64,000 bases of DNA from Octopus vulgaris (Eukaryota), in assembly GCA_951406725.2 (NCBI GenBank), contig OX597819.1:97898001-97962000 (forward strand). Reading direction: 5' to 3'. A program made the translations under genes and the position numbers. The notes beneath the pieces are model-generated. The model was not told the origin of the DNA, made no database searches, and saw nothing but the letters and a program-made list of their open reading frames with translations. The stretch's first letter is position 1. Every line of letters begins with the position of its first letter. Below are positions 57,461-64,000 of the stretch, piece by piece.

Positions 57461-57879
57461 TATAGATACGTATGTGATATATCACTTGTGGTTTTCAGTG
57501 TATTGTGGTACTTATTTACATGATTATGCTTGCGAAAATAAGAACATACATGAAAGTTAGTGTCCTCATATTTGGTGACTTAAAAATAACGCGCATATTT
57601 AATCTCCACATTCAAGATGTGGGTTCGATTTTGGTATAGTTAATATTATTATTTTTCCCTAAGGCAGCGAGCTGACAGAATCGTTACTACACCGGAAAAA
57701 AATGGTTACCGGCATTTCTTCGACTGAGTTCAAATACAGCGAAGGTCAATTTTACCTTTCATCCTTTCGAGGTCTATGAAATAAGTACCAGTCAAGCACT
57801 GGGGTCAATTAAATCGACTTACACTCTCCCCCGAAATTACGTATGTACGTATGCATATAGTTATATTTATATAAATATG

Positions 57880-57947
<68 letters not shown>

Positions 57948-57974
57948 CGTATGTGTGTATACATACATATACAC

Positions 57975-58007
<33 letters not shown>

Positions 58008-58035
58008 TCTATCTATCTATATATCTATATATCTA

Positions 58036-58087
<52 letters not shown>

Positions 58088-58300
58088 TAAAAAGAATTCC
58101 AACCTTGTTTGATTTTCACGTTTTATTTACAATCTTATAATGATATATTATAAGATAATATATTATAATTGAATAAAATAAAATGAAATAGTAGAATGTT
58201 AAATATTCATTCTGATTGAACTAGTACTTTCATGCATTGAATTCTGCAATCTTCGGGTTCATGTAGTAGTGTTGACAGTCATGCTTCACAATTTTTGACA

Positions 58301-58478
<178 letters not shown>

Positions 58479-58480
58479 GT

Positions 58481-58717
58481 GGAGGCGCATGGCTTAGTGG
58501 TTAGGGTGTCAGCATCATGGTCGTAAGATTGTGGTTTCGATTCCTGGACCGGGCGACGCGTTGTGTTCTTGAGCAAACACTTCATTTCACGTTGCTACAG
58601 TCCACTCAGCTGGTAAGAAATGAGTACGGCTGCGATGGACTGGCGTCCCATCCAGCTGGGGAACACATACGCCACGGAAACCGGGAAACAGGGCCCATGA
58701 GCCTGGCTACGCTTTGA
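58481..58717 (+). mobile_element. SINE with family C head and V-domain-like tail (related copy at 59069-59267 on -)
   Basis: tggcttagtgg, ggtttcgattcc, tgttcttgagcaa..cacttcatttcacgttgct, tgcgatggactggcgtcccatccag. Confidence 0.85.
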
Positions 58718-59719
58718 AAGGGCGCATTTATTTTATATATATACACACATACATGTATCCATATATAAACAGACAAATGAAAGAAAATGGAATTAATGAC
58801 ATTCTTCATTTGAAAAATCACTACAATTATTTTGACGCATTCTCACACCTGTTGTACATAGGTGAGATGTGCAATTATTATCTAAAATTCAAGATGTGGA
58901 ATATGTGCCTCTTCAGCTGATTGTTTAAATAAGATCCTCTCGCTATTTCACTCAGTTTGACACTGTATTCCCAGATTGATGTGCCATTTCTCGTAGTTCA
59001 CAGACAAAACCCTGTAGGACAACGATTGGGTAAAAAGGTAAAGTTACTTTCTCAAATCATTCCGACTCATAAAGACCGGTTTCTCGGTTTCACGGCGCGA
59101 CGCAGGTCCGTCGGAGGGTTACTCATTTTTGCTAGTTGAATGGACTGGAGCATCGTGAAATGAAATGTCTTGCTAAAGAACACAACGCGTCGCCCGCTCC
59201 TGGAATCAAAACCACAAACTTACGATCACGAGCTTAACACCGTAACCACTAAGCCACGCGCCTCCACTAAGACAAATATTGCGCAGGATCACACTTATGT
59301 ACTACAGGTGGGAGAATGCGTCGAAACAGCTGTAGTGATTTTGATATAGAATATATACATACATTTTTTTCTCATTTTTCCATTTATATAAATTCTACAG
59401 ATAATATGGAACTACTGATGTATATCCCGTAGCAGGTGCATTTCAATTGCATGATGACATCAGGTAGCTAACAGCTGTGGACGAGGTGTTTACTCTGCAA
59501 GGTGTTTACTCGAACCTCAGAACCTACATGCATATGTATGTATATGTACACAGACACACACACACACACATACACACACACATATGCACATGCACATATA
59601 CGCACACACACATACAGACACATGTGTGCACACGCCTTGACATGCTATCTATATAGTTATCTATCTATCTATTTATAAAATGTATTCGCACACATACACA
59701 CACACATATATGTATATGC

Positions 59720-59777
<58 letters not shown>

Positions 59778-59982
59778 AGGTAGAAATATAGATAGATAGA
59801 TAGATACATACATACATACATACATACATACATAAAATTTATCTTTTACTTCCTTGAGTCATTACACTACGGCCATGGTGGGGCACCACCTTCAAGGATT
59901 TGGGTATAAGTATTTGTTTTTTATATGACGAGCTTCTTTCAGTTCTCGTCTACCAAATAAACCCAAGGCTTTGATCGGCCTG

Positions 59983-60018
<36 letters not shown>

Positions 60019-60154
60019 TATGTATACATGTTTATATATATACATATACAGGTAGACATATATATATACATAAAGTTATTTGCAAATGGATGTGTGGCGT
60101 TCAATTAAATAGTAATATAAATAATATATGTATATCTGTTTGTATATATATCTA

Positions 60155-60240
<86 letters not shown>

Positions 60241-60453
60241 CTTATCTATATATATATATATACACACATATATAACATATATACATATACATATATTATT
60301 TATATTATTATATATATATACGCATACATATACACATATATACCCTCATGCGCACACGCACTGACTTACACATGTATATATATCTATATTTATCTATCTA
60401 TCTATATGAATTTATATATATATATATATACGTACATACATATATATATATAT

Positions 60454-60625
60454 AGGCGTAGGAGTGGCTGTGTGGTAAGTAGCTTGTTTACCAACCACAT
60501 GGTTCCGGGTTCAGTTCCACTGCGTGGCACCTTGGGCAAGTGTCTTCTACTATAGCCTCGGGCCGACCAAAGCCTTGTGAGTGGATTTGGTAGACGGAAA
60601 CTGAAAGAAGCCCGTCGTATATATG

Positions 60626-60681
<56 letters not shown>

Positions 60682-61553
60682 GTATATGTTCGTGTGTTTG
60701 CGTTTGTCCCCCCCAATATCGCTTGACGACCGATGTTGGTGTGTTTACTTCCCCGTAACTTAGCGGTTCGGCAAAAGAGACCTGGAGTCCTGGGGTCGAT
60801 TTGCTCGCGTAAAGGAGGTGCTCCAGCATGGCCACAGTCACATGACTGAAACAAGTAAAAAAAAAAATGTAATGTATATATATATGTATGGCTGTATATT
60901 CTTTTATTCTTTTACATGTTTCAGTCATTTGACTCCGGCCTTACTGGAGCACTGCGTTAAAGAGTGCTTTTTAGTGGAAGAAATCGACCCCAGGATTTGT
61001 CCTTTGTAATCTTACTATTTATTCGATCGCTCTTTCTTTGAAATCGCTAAGTTACGGGCACGTAAACACACTAACATTAGTTGTCAAGCGTCAGTGGTGG
61101 TGGGTGACAGGCACCAAAAAATCGCACACGCTCATACACATACACACGCGCACACACTCTCTCTCACACACACACACACATATATATATATATTTATATT
61201 CTTTTATTCCTTCATTCTTTTACTTGTTTCAGTAATTTTGACTGTGTCCATGCTGGAACACCGTCTTTAGTCAAAGAAATCGTTCCCTGGACTTATTATT
61301 TGTAAGCCTGGTCCTTATTCTTTTGCCATAAACACACCAGCATCGGTTGTCAAGGGATGGTGGAGGGACAAACACAGACACAAACATATACACGACAAGC
61401 TTCTTTCAGTTTCCTTTTATCAAATCTAATCGCAAAGCTTTGGTCGGCTCAAAGCTATAGTAGAAGACACTTCCCCAAGGTGCCACGCAGCGGGACTGAA
61501 CCCGGAACCATGTGGCTGGGACGCAAGCTACTTACCACACATCCACACCTGCG

Positions 61554-61601
<48 letters not shown>

Positions 61602-62012
61602 TGTATGTATTATACGACAGGCTTCTTTCAGTTTCCGTCTGCTAAATCCACTCACAAGGCTTTGGTCGGCTCGAGGCTGTAATAGGAAACACCTACTCGA
61701 GGTACCATGCAGTGGGACTGAATCCGGAAATATGTGGTTGGGAAGCAATCCTCTTATTATACCGCCTGCCCTGCGTGGGGTGGTGCCAAGAAACTTGCTT
61801 CCCAGCCACATGGTCCCGGGCTCAGTCCCACTGCGTGTCACCTTCTATGGGCCCAGGCTCACCAAAGCCTTCAGTTGATTTCGCAAAGGGAAACTGAAAG
61901 GAGCTCGTCGTATAAAAAATAAGTTCTCGGGTCGATACCTCCGACTAAAATTTCTTCACGGTGGAGCTTCAACATGACCGTAGTCTAATGACTCAAACAA
62001 AAGATAAAAGAT

Positions 62013-62053
<41 letters not shown>

Positions 62054-62054
62054 A

Positions 62055-62092
<38 letters not shown>

Positions 62093-62336
62093 TATACACA
62101 CCTATATATTTTTTTATATATTTATACATACATATAAACATATATACATATATACATACATACATACATACATATATATAACTTCGATATGTTTCGATCA
62201 AAGATTGGTGCAGGCCATGTCTAACTTAGTAAGACCACCTGGTAGGATTAGCTAAATCCTTTTTAAGTCAAGTTTGTGGTAGCATGGTCCATTTGAGTAG
62301 GGAGTTCTTGTTGAGTGAGCACATTACACATACATG

Positions 62337-62368
<32 letters not shown>

Positions 62369-62402
62369 TGTATGTATGTATGTATGTATGTATGTATGTA
62401 TG

Positions 62403-62464
<62 letters not shown>

Positions 62465-62531
62465 ATATGTATATACGTATTTGTGTGTATGCGTGTGTAT
62501 GTATATGTATATGTTTGTGTGTGTATGTGTG

Positions 62532-62564
<33 letters not shown>

Positions 62565-62790
62565 CTATGTCGGTGTCTGTGTCTGTGTATATTTTGCCCC
62601 CAACATTGCTTGAAAACCGATGCTGGTGTGTTTACGTCCGTAACTTAGCGGTTCGGCATAAGTATCCGATCGAATAAGTACCAGGCTCACAAAGAAGAAG
62701 TCCTGGGGTCGATTTGTTTGAGTAAAGGCGGTGTTCAAGCATGGCCACAGTCAAATGACTGAAACAATTATGAGAATAAAAGTATAAAAG
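60454..62790. mobile_element. Cluster of SINE family A copies in both orientations
   Basis: Copies at 60454-60860(+), 60900-61555(-), 61615-61775(-), 61780-62010(+), 62580-62790(+). Confidence 0.8.
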
Positions 62791-63306
62791 AATATATGTA
62801 TGTGTGTATGAAGGTAGGTAGGTATGGATTAAGGGGAAAATAAGTGCGCGTAATAAAGAACTCAACGCTTTAGGGGCGGAGTTTCTTTGTAAACACACAA
62901 CCACACACACACACACACACAATACACAAACGAACATAGGCACACTCATACACACAGATGTACGCACACACAACACATACCTATACGCACATACACACAC
63001 ACACACACATGCACGTATGTATGCTCGTATATATGTCATTATTCAATTTTATTTCAAACTTTCTTACCAATTGAGAAAGACCTGTTTCTTAACCTACATC
63101 CAAAGCTCCTCCATGGGAACCTTCACATGAACATGGTATTTTTGCATGTATGTGTATACATGTGCCGTACCTATAGTCATACATATATATGCATGTATGT
63201 ATGCATCTATTAAACTCTCTCTCTTTCTTTCTCTCTCTCTCTCTCTATTTCATATATATATATATGTATATATATGAATGTATATATATACATATATATA
63301 TGTATA

Positions 63307-63409
<103 letters not shown>

Positions 63410-63433
63410 TATATATATATATACATACATACA

Positions 63434-63465
<32 letters not shown>

Positions 63466-64000
63466 CTGCATATACATATACATATATATATATATATATA
63501 TGAGAATTCATATAGAATCAGGTACCTGAAAAGATATGCATCAGGTAGGGTTGGATAAACCTGTAAATCCGGACTATGGTTGGTAAGTATCAAATAGTAT
63601 ATACCACTTCTGTACTCAGAGAAAACCAATCCAATCAGTATTTGGCACCTCGGTATTACAGTGTGTCGTGAGATTATATATACACATTCTGATCGTGGAA
63701 TATATTATTCTATAAGAATTCATTTTAATGACAAATATTGCATGTTGGACTTTTCATTACTTTGTTTCCACGATGAAATACGGCATATAAGGCACGTAAA
63801 CAGCAATGACTGTTGTATGTATGCATGCATGTATGTATGTATGTATGTATGTATGTATGTATGTATGTATGTATGTATGTATGTATGTATGTATGCATGT
63901 ATATATGTATGTATAAGCATGCATGTAGGAGTGGCTGTGTGGTAAGTAACACCAGTTGTCAAGTTGTGGTGCGGCACAGACACAAAGACACACACAGATA

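Overview
AT-rich animal genomic DNA saturated with microsatellites ((TA)n, (CA)n, (CATA)n, (GATA)n, (AAT)n). The repeat content points to an octopus or other coleoid cephalopod (inferred from SINE families and composition). I can support no intact host protein-coding gene; nearly all ORFs in the track are translated microsatellites or SINEs. The recognisable content is: many tRNA-derived SINEs (three head families), CR1/L2-type, Tx1-like, R4/Dong-like and RTE LINE fragments, two Penelope-like (RT + GIY-YIG) clusters, hAT, Chapaev3-like, Tigger and mariner DNA-transposon remnants, a non-autonomous Helitron, a 1.85-kb tandem duplication and a 100-N gap. The most notable unannotated signal is about 15 minimal type I hammerhead-ribozyme (HHR) motifs from about 9 unrelated sequence families. 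Most lie in short fold-back elements beside (TA)n tracts. They include compensatory A3-U8 and U3-A8 variants of the C3-G8 core pair, and one tRNA-headed element ending in an HHR module. All folding was done by eye; no activity is demonstrated.
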